A stretch of 64,000 nucleotides of DNA, from NCBI GenBank assembly GCA_002753515.1, contig PEAK01000001.1, positions 110,138-174,137 on the forward strand, read 5' to 3'. Position 1 is the stretch's first letter; each line of letters opens with the position of its first letter. Both the position numbers and the translations under genes were made by a program. Source of the stretch: Magnetococcales bacterium (lineage in GTDB: Bacteria; Pseudomonadota; Magnetococcia; Magnetococcales; UBA8363). Below, piece after piece: positions 1 through 8,611 of this stretch. A model generated the notes under the pieces. That model did not search any database. It was not told where the DNA came from and was given only the letters and a program-made list of their open reading frames with translations.

Positions 1-1
1 G

Positions 2-388
2 GAAATTGGTCGCAACCTTAATGAAACCCTGATGGGGATGAAAAAAACCGTCAACGCCCCGGTGATTCTTGATGCTGCCAAGGCGATGCGCGATGCCCTG
101 ACCGCTTTGAAGTCCACCATGGTTCGCATCGACGGCAAGGTCGATCCTTTGGGACATGATCTGGCTCAGGCGACCCAGGCGGCCACCAAGGCTTTGGCTT
201 CTACCGATCAGTTGATGGTTAATTTAAACGAATTTGTCGATCCGGATGCCCCGCTGAACTATCGAATCCTTGAATTGACCCGGGAATTGACTGCCACCTC
301 CCGTTCTATTCGCACCTTCGTCGAGATCATGAACCGTCAACCGGAAGCCCTGGTTTTCGGCAAAGAAAAGAAAAAGGAAGGACAATGA
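2..388 (+). CDS. MCE/PqiB-family transport protein, C-terminal fragment (gene begins upstream of window)
   Basis: The frame is open from the window edge to TGA at 386-388 and encodes a helical tail. An ATGA overlap (385-388) joins it to a PqiC-like lipoprotein gene, giving pqiB-pqiC-type synteny. The family call rests mostly on synteny. Confidence 0.5.
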   Translation, partial: EIGRNLNETLMGMKKTVNAPVILDAAKAMRDALTALKSTMVRIDGKVDPLGHDLAQATQAATKALASTDQLMVNLNEFVDPDAPLNYRILELTRELTATSRSIRTFVEIMNRQPEALVFGKEKKKEGQ

Positions 389-1029
389 GACGCTTGGCAT
401 GGATCGGTATGGTGTGTTTGTTGGTCTGGTCGGGGGGGATGGCGGGTTGTGCCTCTTTGATCAAGGGAGAAGGGTCGCCGACAACGCATTATTATTTGCT
501 TTCCAGCTTGGAGGCCAAACAGCCGGGTGACGAAAAATTGTTGCGTCATAATCTTCGCTTGGCGCTGGAACCGGTGGAAATACCCGATTATCTGGCACGT
601 CCTCAGATTGTCTATCGCCAGGGGGGACATCGATTGATCCTGGGGGAGATGGATCTTTGGGCTGAGGATCTTGATCAAGGGTTGGCACGGGTCGTCGTGG
701 AAAACATTGTCAAACTGACGGGATCGGACCAGGTGTGGCGTCTGCCGATGAAAAAAAATAAGGGAACCGATTTGCATCTGTGGATACAATGGCTCCGTTT
801 TGAATTGAATGCGGACGGACAGGTGGCCTTAATGGCACGATGGCAATTGCGCAACCGTGGCGACCGGGTTTATTCCGATGCTGCTGAAGTTGTCGGCGAC
901 AAGGTGGATCCTTACGACAAGGAAGCCTATGTGGCTGGACTCAGTCGGGCGGTGGCCGACTTGTGTCGGAAAATTGTGGCTACGATTCCCGGTGATTATC
1001 AATCAGTTGGCCATGCGACCAATCCTTGA
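385..1029 (+). CDS. pqiC: PqiC-like transport-auxiliary lipoprotein
   Basis: 214 aa with a signal peptide and lipobox (LVWSGGMAGCAS). HYYLLSS and VEIPDYLARPQIVYR...DLWAEDLDQGL parallel E. coli PqiC/YmbA by eye. Confidence 0.75.
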   Translation: MRRLAWIGMVCLLVWSGGMAGCASLIKGEGSPTTHYYLLSSLEAKQPGDEKLLRHNLRLALEPVEIPDYLARPQIVYRQGGHRLILGEMDLWAEDLDQGLARVVVENIVKLTGSDQVWRLPMKKNKGTDLHLWIQWLRFELNADGQVALMARWQLRNRGDRVYSDAAEVVGDKVDPYDKEAYVAGLSRAVADLCRKIVATIPGDYQSVGHATNP

Positions 1030-1269
1030 GGGGTGATTCCGACTCATTGTTATTATTATACACTGGAAACATCCTTGTTTTCGGTGTATTGTCGTAAAAA
1101 ATTTCCCCCTTTACCGGTTGCAATGTGCTATCATGATGGGGTTAACAAGGTGGATGCTGATTTCTTGTTTTAAGACACGGGTTGCGTGCCTTGCGGGTTG
1201 ACTTCAGTCGCGTTTAAACTGGGAGCGGGTTTGGCTTCATCCCCGTTTCTATCGGGATAATGGCTCAAG

Positions 1270-3927
1270 GTGAATCAAAAATCCGACATTGGCCTCGCTG
1301 TTGATGAGCTCTTTGTTGATGAAGGATTGTTCAACGAAGATCGGTTGTCGACACGCTTGGCGACAGATCGTACCGACTGGAAAATTTTGGTCGTTGACGA
1401 TGAACCCGATGTCCACCAACTGACCAGGATGGTTTTGCGCGGGTTGCGATTCGATGGCTGCGGCATTGAGGTGATCAGCGGCTATTCGGGCAGGGAAGCC
1501 CGTGATCTTCTCGCCCAACACGATGATATCGCAGTTCTGTTGCTCGATGTGGTCATGGAAACCGATCAGGCTGGTCTGGAAGTGGTGCATCATGTCCGGC
1601 AGGCGCTGAAAAATGGTTTCGTACGGATTATTTTGCGTACTGGCCAAGCCGGTCAAGCTCCGGAACCCGAGGTGATTTCCCAGTATGATATCAATGATTA
1701 TCGGGAAAAAACCGAACTTACCAGTCAAAAATTAATTACAGCCATCACTTCCGCCCTGCGCGCTTACCGCGATTTGCGGACCATCGAGCATTTGGCCACG
1801 CACCTGAAGAAAGATCGGGAAAGCCTGAAACGGGCGCAGGCCATCGCCCATTTTGGCAACTGGGAATGGAACCAGGAAACCGGTCGCATCGATTTCTCTG
1901 ACGAAATGTTTGCCATTCTTGGCCTGCGAAAAAGGGCGGAAGCCATCGATGTGAATGTGTTTTTTGATAGGATTCACACCGAGGATCGCAAGCGGATGGA
2001 GTCCGTTTTGAACCGGTTGGCGGTCACTGAGCAGCGTGCGAACCTGGAATGCCGCATCATGCGCATCGACGGAAAGGTTCGTGTGGTCCACGTCCTTTGT
2101 GAAAGCAGTCGTGATCCCGGCAATGGTGCCCGCGTGATTGTGGGAACGGTTCATGACATCACCGACACCCGAGCTGCGGAAGATCGATTGAAAACAGCCA
2201 CCTCGGTATTTGATGAGGCCATGAACGAGGTGCATGAGCATATGCGCATCGCCACCAAAGTTCTGGAAAATGCCGTCGAGGGGGTGATTGTCACCGATGA
2301 CAAGGGGGTGATTCGCAATGTCAACCCCGCTTTTACCCGGATCACCGGACATGAGCCCATCGAGGTGATCGGCAATCCCATGAAAAGTTTGCGGGGTAGC
2401 GAAGAGGATCTTGAGTTTCACGATCAATTGTGGGAATCCCTGATGAAAGAAGGGATATGGCGGGGTGAAGTTTGGAATCGCAAAAAAAGTGGCGAGGCCT
2501 ATCCCCAGTGGGAAACCATCATCGTTATCCGCAATCGTGCCGGGGAAATCACCAATTTCATTTCCATCTTCCACGATTTAACTGAAATTCGCGCCAGTCA
2601 GAAGGAACTGCATTTCAAGACCTATCACGATACGCTGACCGGGTTGCCCAATCGCGATTTGTTCATGGACCGCCTCAATCAAGCCGTCCTGAATGCCCAA
2701 CGTAACGATGGCAAGGTATTAATTATTTTCCTCGGATTGGACCATTTTAAAAAAATCAACAATTCCCTCGGACATCAGTTGGGCGATCGGTTGCTGAAAG
2801 AGGTCTCCTCCCGCCTGAAGACGTTCATACGCGAAGGCGATACCCTGAGTCGGCTGGCGGGGGATTCGTTTGGCTTCATCATGCGTGAAATACGTAACAA
2901 TCAAGATGCGGTCCTGGTGGCACGCAAGATCAACAGCGCCCTGGTGGAACCGTTCATCATCGAAGAACACAAACTGTTTTTGACGGCCAGTACGGGTATT
3001 ACCTTGTTTCCGGATGATGGCGAGGATGCCGTAACCCTGATCAAGAATGCCGACATGGCCTTGAACCGCGCCAAGATTACCGGACGGGACACCTGTACGT
3101 TTTACCAGGCCACCATGGGTGAGCAAGCCAACCGTCGCTTGAAGTTGGAAAGAAACATGCGCCTGGCTTTGGAGCGGGAGGAGTTCGTTTTGTATTACCA
3201 GCCCAAGGTCTCTTTGGTGACGGGGCAGGTGGTGGGTATGGAAGCGTTGGTACGCTGGCTGCCACCCGATGGGGGTATGGTGTCACCCGGGGAATTCATT
3301 CCCGTTGCCGAAGAGACCGGTCTGATCCTGCCTTTGGGCGAATGGATCTTGAAAACCGCCTGCATGCAAAACCGTGTCTGGCGGGACGCCGGTTTTGATC
3401 GGTTGCGTATGGCGGTCAATCTGTCGGTGCGACAATTTCGTCAGCGAGACCTGTTCGATCGGGTACGGATGATTCTCCAGCAAACCGGGTTGACGCCGCA
3501 GCTCCTGGAATTGGAAATCACCGAAAGTATGGTGATGGATAATGTGGAATCGGTCATCGTCACGATGACCCGTCTGCGTTCTCTGGGACTGTTTATCGCG
3601 GTGGATGATTTTGGAACCGGCTATTCCTCCCTCAGCTACTTGAAACGATTTCCCATCCATACCTTAAAAATTGATCAATCTTTTGTGCGTGATTTAACCT
3701 TTGATTCCGATGATGCTTCAATCATCAACGCCATCATCGCCATGGCCAAAAGTTTAAAGTTGACTGTGGTTGCGGAAGGGGTGGAGACTGCGGAACAACT
3801 GAATTTTTTGCGTATGGAGGGATGCGATGAAATGCAGGGCTATTATTTCAGCAAACCGTTGTCCGCCGAGGAATTCACCGCACTGCTTGTCAGTGGTAGG
3901 AAATTGGCCGATTTCCTGACGGATTGA
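1270..3927 (+). CDS. Response regulator REC-PAS-PAS-GGDEF(degenerate)-EAL, probable c-di-GMP phosphodiesterase
   Basis: 885 aa with a GTG start. Receiver: KILVVDDEPDV...LLLDVVM. PAS segments: FGNWEWN and IVTDDKGVIRNVNPAFTRITGH. The GGDEF position reads AGDSF (2857-2871). EAL signatures are intact: EALVRW (3241-3249), DDFGTGYSSL, KIDQSFV, EGVET. Confidence 0.88.
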   Translation: MNQKSDIGLAVDELFVDEGLFNEDRLSTRLATDRTDWKILVVDDEPDVHQLTRMVLRGLRFDGCGIEVISGYSGREARDLLAQHDDIAVLLLDVVMETDQAGLEVVHHVRQALKNGFVRIILRTGQAGQAPEPEVISQYDINDYREKTELTSQKLITAITSALRAYRDLRTIEHLATHLKKDRESLKRAQAIAHFGNWEWNQETGRIDFSDEMFAILGLRKRAEAIDVNVFFDRIHTEDRKRMESVLNRLAVTEQRANLECRIMRIDGKVRVVHVLCESSRDPGNGARVIVGTVHDITDTRAAEDRLKTATSVFDEAMNEVHEHMRIATKVLENAVEGVIVTDDKGVIRNVNPAFTRITGHEPIEVIGNPMKSLRGSEEDLEFHDQLWESLMKEGIWRGEVWNRKKSGEAYPQWETIIVIRNRAGEITNFISIFHDLTEIRASQKELHFKTYHDTLTGLPNRDLFMDRLNQAVLNAQRNDGKVLIIFLGLDHFKKINNSLGHQLGDRLLKEVSSRLKTFIREGDTLSRLAGDSFGFIMREIRNNQDAVLVARKINSALVEPFIIEEHKLFLTASTGITLFPDDGEDAVTLIKNADMALNRAKITGRDTCTFYQATMGEQANRRLKLERNMRLALEREEFVLYYQPKVSLVTGQVVGMEALVRWLPPDGGMVSPGEFIPVAEETGLILPLGEWILKTACMQNRVWRDAGFDRLRMAVNLSVRQFRQRDLFDRVRMILQQTGLTPQLLELEITESMVMDNVESVIVTMTRLRSLGLFIAVDDFGTGYSSLSYLKRFPIHTLKIDQSFVRDLTFDSDDASIINAIIAMAKSLKLTVVAEGVETAEQLNFLRMEGCDEMQGYYFSKPLSAEEFTALLVSGRKLADFLTD

Positions 3928-3946
3928 CAATTGGGAGTATACCACC

Positions 3947-4204
3947 ATGGGGCCGTGCGTTGTATCGAGCGAAGAAGAAATGGACGAAAATTATGCCGCC
4001 TTCATGGACATGCTACCCGAGCTGCTCAAGGAACATGCCGGGCGTTGGGTGATTTTGCGTCGCGGGGAATTGATTGAGTTCCACGATTCCATGGAAGCGG
4101 CATTGCAGGCGGGTGAAGCCCGTTTTGCCGACAAAAATTTTGGTATTCAGCAGGTTTCCGGCTCCATTCTGGCTTTGAACTGGATGACGTGCTGCGGAAG
4201 TTGA
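3947..4204 (+). CDS. Small hypothetical protein
   Basis: 85-aa ORF lying 20 nt after the EAL gene, with a GGGAG-like SD upstream. No recognisable domain. The start could instead be the internal M of EEEMDENY. Confidence 0.35.
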   Translation: MGPCVVSSEEEMDENYAAFMDMLPELLKEHAGRWVILRRGELIEFHDSMEAALQAGEARFADKNFGIQQVSGSILALNWMTCCGS

Positions 4205-4226
4205 GGGAATATCTCAAGCAAAAAAA

Positions 4227-5117
4227 TCATGCAGTTTTCGCCTGCAGCTTTTTTTGGTACAGGGCGTGGATCAAACCATCTGACAGACCGATTTGCGGCA
4301 CGAAAATTTGCTGAATATTGCTCCATTGCATAATATTGGTATAGACCTGCCCGGCGGGGACGATGACATCGGCGCGGTCGGGTTTCAGTCCCAGTTTCAC
4401 CATGCGCTCCTCGATGCTCAACTGGGACAACTCCTGGTGCAGTTGCAAGATCCGTTTCAAGGAGACGGGTTTATCCGGCCTGCTGTTGCTCAGGGAAAAC
4501 AATTTGTTGATATTACCTCCCGAGCCGATGGCGGAGATGGGGGTGAGGGTGAGGCAATTTTCTTCGATCCATTGCTTCATGGTGAGCCATCTTTTTTCCG
4601 AAACCAAACCTTCTTTGATGCGAATGGTGCCGATCTTGAAAGATTTCGATGCTTTGAGTTTGCCATCCTGGTAGAGCGTCAGTTCGGTACTGCCGCCACC
4701 GACATCAATGTACAAAAAATTTCCTGTCAAAAAACGACCGTCCAGGCGGTTGAGGGCGATGAGTTCCGCCTCCTTGGACCCATCGATGATCTGGATATCC
4801 AATCCGACTTCGTGTCGGACCTGTTTGACCAGATCGTGGCCGTTTTCGGCGGTGCGCATGGCTGAGGTGGCGCATGCCAGATAATCGTCCACATGACAGG
4901 CGGCCATGAGGGCTTTGAATGCGGTCATGGCATGGATGAAATCTTTTATTCTTTCCTTGGAGATCATACCGCGCACAAAGGCGTCTTCACCCAGGCGTAC
5001 CGGAACCCGGTAAAGGTCAGCTTTGCGGATGAACGGCTGCCATTCCCCAACTTCAAAGACGTTGGAGATCAAAAGACGGACGGCGTTGGAACCGCAATCG
5101 ATGGCGGCCAGTTTCAT
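4227..5117 (-). CDS. Ppx/GppA-family phosphatase (short, N-terminal-domains-only form)
   Basis: 296 aa. MKLAAIDCGSNAVRLLI and YIDVGGGSTEL are the ASKHA-fold phosphate-binding motifs typical of Ppx/GppA. Confidence 0.8.
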   Translation of the reverse strand: MKLAAIDCGSNAVRLLISNVFEVGEWQPFIRKADLYRVPVRLGEDAFVRGMISKERIKDFIHAMTAFKALMAACHVDDYLACATSAMRTAENGHDLVKQVRHEVGLDIQIIDGSKEAELIALNRLDGRFLTGNFLYIDVGGGSTELTLYQDGKLKASKSFKIGTIRIKEGLVSEKRWLTMKQWIEENCLTLTPISAIGSGGNINKLFSLSNSRPDKPVSLKRILQLHQELSQLSIEERMVKLGLKPDRADVIVPAGQVYTNIMQWSNIQQIFVPQIGLSDGLIHALYQKKLQAKTA

Positions 5118-5479
5118 AAGCGATCCTTGCTGGGGGGATGTGAATGGGAAGAATGGGATGCAAGGTCATCGACTGGGAGGGTGGCATGTCCCAGGCGCAC
5201 ATTCTTTTCATGGGTGGCTTGTTTCAATTGCTCCTGCAACGGCGTTGCCAGGGAACGCAACTCCTGGAGGCGTTGTTGTAATCTGGATCTTTCCCCCTCG
5301 GACACAGACGCTTTCAACTGGTTTTTAATATCCTTGGCCTGGCTCGACAGGTGGCGGATTTGCGCCATGAGGGCCAATTCTTCCTCCGAAACGGCGTCCA
5401 AAGTGGAACAAAAGCTGCCAACAACGCGCCCGCTTTGGGATTCGACGATGGGGATGGTGGGAAAGCGTCCAGGCTTCAT
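5114..5479 (-). CDS. Hypothetical coiled-coil protein
   Basis: The start was moved to ATG 5479 (MKPGRF), just after the ppiD stop (5484-5486). Its stop overlaps the ppx start (ATGA at 5114-5117). The middle is Q/L/E-rich and helical. No domain recognised. Confidence 0.4.
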   Translation of the reverse strand: MKPGRFPTIPIVESQSGRVVGSFCSTLDAVSEEELALMAQIRHLSSQAKDIKNQLKASVSEGERSRLQQRLQELRSLATPLQEQLKQATHEKNVRLGHATLPVDDLASHSSHSHPPSKDRL

Positions 5480-5483
5480 AGGT

Positions 5484-7388
5484 TTAGAACGAATCCAGCA
5501 TTTTATAGTTGATGCGGATGGCCGATGTCTGCCAAAGGCCATCAAGATAGGCGGTCAATTGTTCCACTCCCAGGACCTCTTTGAAATGGAGTGCTATCTT
5601 TTTCCGTTCCTGTTCCGTCAATTTGCCGCTATCCGCTTTTTCAATGTTGGTGAGACGCATCAGCGACAGACCCGTGGGGGTTTCGATGATGGTACGAAAC
5701 ACGGGGTTTTCCAAGGTGAGTTTGAAAGCGGCGGTGCGTACAGCCGGGTCCATCTTCGGCGTTTGCCCAACGCGTTGAAACGCTGTCACGGTTTCTTTCT
5801 TCAGGGCGGGGTGGGCAGTGATCGCCTTGTCCCAGGGGGTTCCTTGCGCCAGGTCTTTTTTGATGGTCTCCATCTGTTCCTGTGCCATGGCGGTAGACTT
5901 TTCCTGCCTGTAATTCTTGAGGAGTTGTTCTTTGGCTTCGGCCAACGTTAACGGACGTGGTTCATTGCGGTCAAGAACCTTGAGGACGCAAAAACGTCCT
6001 TCTGGCAATTCAATGACCGGACTCAATTCCCCCTTGGCGGTGGCAAAGGCGGCATCGAGGAATTTACTTTCTTGTTCAATGGCTTCCATCTTGTCGGCAT
6101 CATTGCGGCTGAAAAGTTCCGTTTCCTTGTAGCGCAGATTCAAGTCTTGAGCGATAGCCTTCAGGTCACCCGATGAGAAAACTTGATCTTCCAGAACGGA
6201 GGAGCGCTCATAAACCAAGTCCATGGCTTTTTTGTCGGTGAGTAGGGTTTTGATTTCCGTTTTGACCTCTTGTTCGGGGCGCATTGCAGCGGGAAAAATG
6301 GCATCAACCCGAATCAGGTGGATGCCAAAGGGGGTCAATACCGGGGGTGAAATGCTGTTGGCGGGTTGAGCAAAAACGGCGTCCTCAAACGGTTTGATCA
6401 TCATCCCCTTGACAATGATCCCCAGATCGCCACCCTGGGAGGCCGACACATCCTCGGAGAGTTCGCGTGCAACCGCTTCAAAGGATTCCCCCTTTTCAAT
6501 ACGACCCTGGGCCGCTTTGGCCTTTTCCCGGGCCTGATCTTCCGTGACGCCGCTGCCGATCTTGAACAAGATATGCCGTGCCTGGCGCTTTTCCTCCTGA
6601 CGGTATTCCTCTTTGTGTTCGTTGTAATATTCGTCACTCTCGGCATCGGCAACGCTGACCGATCCTTTGAGGCTGTCGGCACTGAGCACGACATAAGCCA
6701 ACCGTACCTGGACGGGGGAGAGATAGTGATCGCGATTTTTTTCCAGGTAGGCGGTCAATTCGTCATCGCTGGGCTGGATGCTGGCGTGAAACGCCTCGAA
6801 AGGAAGGGTCAGAACATCGATGCTCCGCTTTTCATTTTCAAGGTCGTAGACATCCTCAATGAGCAGATTGGGGATGAACAATGGTTCCGAGAGCATCTCC
6901 TTGATTTGGGCCGCAACCAGATCCGTCTTTAATTTCTGCTCATAATCACGCGGGGACATGCGATTATTTTGCAAAACCAATTCATAGCGTTGCGGATCAA
7001 ATTTGCCATCGTTTTGGAAGGCCTCGGTGTTGGCAATGATTGTGCGCAGGGATTCGTTGGAGACGGTCAAACGCCACTCCCGGCTTTTGGCCAAAAGAAG
7101 GTTGCGATTGATCATGGCGTTGAGGGTCTTTTGTTTCAGGCCCATGCTTTCAGCCGCTTTTTTATCCAGGGCGTTGCCAAAGCGCTGGCGCAGCCGCTGG
7201 AATTCATTGTCGTAGGCAACGGCGAATTCCCTGGGGCCGATGGACCAGCGTTTGGCTTCAACGAAGGGTTCATTGCTGCGTTTGTTGACGTAATCGCCGA
7301 CCCCCCAGACCATGAAGCTCAAGGCGATGAAAGCCAGTAGCAGTTTGACAATGAAGGTATTGGCGCCTTTGCGCAAAACGTTGAGCAT
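5484..7388 (-). CDS. ppiD: Periplasmic chaperone / peptidyl-prolyl isomerase PpiD
   Basis: The start was trimmed to ATG 7388 (MLNVLRKGANTFIVKLLLAFIALSFMVWGVGDYV, the classic PpiD membrane anchor). A parvulin segment is present (ARHILFKIG...GGDLGII...PFEDAVF). 634 aa. Confidence 0.82.
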   Translation of the reverse strand: MLNVLRKGANTFIVKLLLAFIALSFMVWGVGDYVNKRSNEPFVEAKRWSIGPREFAVAYDNEFQRLRQRFGNALDKKAAESMGLKQKTLNAMINRNLLLAKSREWRLTVSNESLRTIIANTEAFQNDGKFDPQRYELVLQNNRMSPRDYEQKLKTDLVAAQIKEMLSEPLFIPNLLIEDVYDLENEKRSIDVLTLPFEAFHASIQPSDDELTAYLEKNRDHYLSPVQVRLAYVVLSADSLKGSVSVADAESDEYYNEHKEEYRQEEKRQARHILFKIGSGVTEDQAREKAKAAQGRIEKGESFEAVARELSEDVSASQGGDLGIIVKGMMIKPFEDAVFAQPANSISPPVLTPFGIHLIRVDAIFPAAMRPEQEVKTEIKTLLTDKKAMDLVYERSSVLEDQVFSSGDLKAIAQDLNLRYKETELFSRNDADKMEAIEQESKFLDAAFATAKGELSPVIELPEGRFCVLKVLDRNEPRPLTLAEAKEQLLKNYRQEKSTAMAQEQMETIKKDLAQGTPWDKAITAHPALKKETVTAFQRVGQTPKMDPAVRTAAFKLTLENPVFRTIIETPTGLSLMRLTNIEKADSGKLTEQERKKIALHFKEVLGVEQLTAYLDGLWQTSAIRINYKMLDSF

Positions 7389-7650
7389 GGTACAAATCTC
7401 CGCGCAGTGTGGAGGGGGGACTCGAAAGAGATCATCCCTTTGAAACCGTGAAGGATAGAGACACGAGACGGGAATTTCCAGTTTTTTGACCGATTCCCGT
7501 ATGAAAAGCTCATTTTGGGCCATTGATCGCGAGTTGACGGCAACCTTGGCATCCGGTAGCTTTCTTTCAGGTTTTCCAAGTGTCAAGGTTGCCGGGGCTT
7601 GCCGCAGGCGACTTTCTAAAGTATCCGGCTTTGAGTTGGTATGGGGATCG

Positions 7651-8589
7651 ATGTACATCATCCGCGGAAAGGTCAATATCATTCCAAGGTTTACCAATGC
7701 TGTGGTAACCATTGGCAATTTTGACGGTGTTCATTCCGGTCACCAGGCCATTTTCGCCCGGCTGGAATTGTTATCGCGCCAACATCGGGATGCCCCCAGG
7801 GTGGTGATCACCTTTGAACCCCATCCCAGACAGTTCTTGGGTACCGGTGAGCGATTGGCGCGCATCACCACCCTTCGGGCCAAGGCACGCCAGTTGCGGG
7901 AATTGGGGGTGGACGCAGTCTGTGTGCTGCGTTTTAACCGCGAGCTGGCCATGTTGCCGGCGGCGACATTTGTCGAACGCTATCTGGTTCAGGGTCTCGG
8001 CGTATGCGAAGTGTTGGTGGGGGAAAATTTTCGTTTTGGCGCAGGGGGTGCAGGTAACCTGGAAACGTTGCGTCATCTGGGTGATCGGTATGGCTTTGGC
8101 GTTCATGGACAACCTTTGGAACGAATGGGCGATACGGTTATATCCTCCTCGAAAATAAGAGAAGCCGTCCAACGAGGGGATATGGAGCAGGCAGGTACCA
8201 TGCTGGGGCGACCCTTCGAGATGGAAGGACGGGTGCTGCCCGGGGCCAAACGGGGCCGGGTCTTGGGCTTTCCCACCGCCAATATCCGCGTCAACAACAT
8301 GTTACACCCCTTGAAGGGGGTTTGGGTGGTCCAGTGCCGGGTGGCGGGTCGCTGGATGCCGGGGGTGGCCAATTTGGGCCATAATCCCACTTTTGGGCAA
8401 AGTTGGGTCAGTTTGGAAACCCATTTGTTCGACTACCAGGGCGATTTGTACCGCCAATGGTTGCGGGTCAAATTTTTAAAATATCTCCGTCCCGAACAAA
8501 AATTTGCCAGTTTGGACGCCCTGAAAAATCAAATCGCCCAAGATTGCCAGGTTGCTTTGGACCATTTTTCCGCCCCAAACCTTTTGTAA
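7651..8589 (+). CDS. ribF: Bifunctional riboflavin kinase / FMN adenylyltransferase
   Basis: The start was trimmed to ATG 7651. Motifs: VVTIGNFDGVHSGHQ, GFPTANI, and a C-terminal kinase part (ETHLFDYQGDLY). ribF-ileS-lspA synteny supports the call. Confidence 0.9.
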   Translation: MYIIRGKVNIIPRFTNAVVTIGNFDGVHSGHQAIFARLELLSRQHRDAPRVVITFEPHPRQFLGTGERLARITTLRAKARQLRELGVDAVCVLRFNRELAMLPAATFVERYLVQGLGVCEVLVGENFRFGAGGAGNLETLRHLGDRYGFGVHGQPLERMGDTVISSSKIREAVQRGDMEQAGTMLGRPFEMEGRVLPGAKRGRVLGFPTANIRVNNMLHPLKGVWVVQCRVAGRWMPGVANLGHNPTFGQSWVSLETHLFDYQGDLYRQWLRVKFLKYLRPEQKFASLDALKNQIAQDCQVALDHFSAPNLL

Positions 8590-8611
8590 GGCTTAAGGAG
8601 CCTGATGAGCC

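Noticed and set aside
5484-7718. Long N-terminal extensions in the ORF track: ppiD to 7718, ribF from 7486, M16 from 12127, flagellin to 16038, hemD from 32553, purD from 57364, purE from 58404, trpA to 60607, atpC to 48096.
   Set aside because: The extensions overlap neighbouring genes or lack homology-like sequence. Internal starts reproduce the canonical N-termini (e.g. MLNVLRKG..., MYIIRGK..., [16 protein letters not shown]) and often give ATGA/GTGA coupling with the upstream stop.
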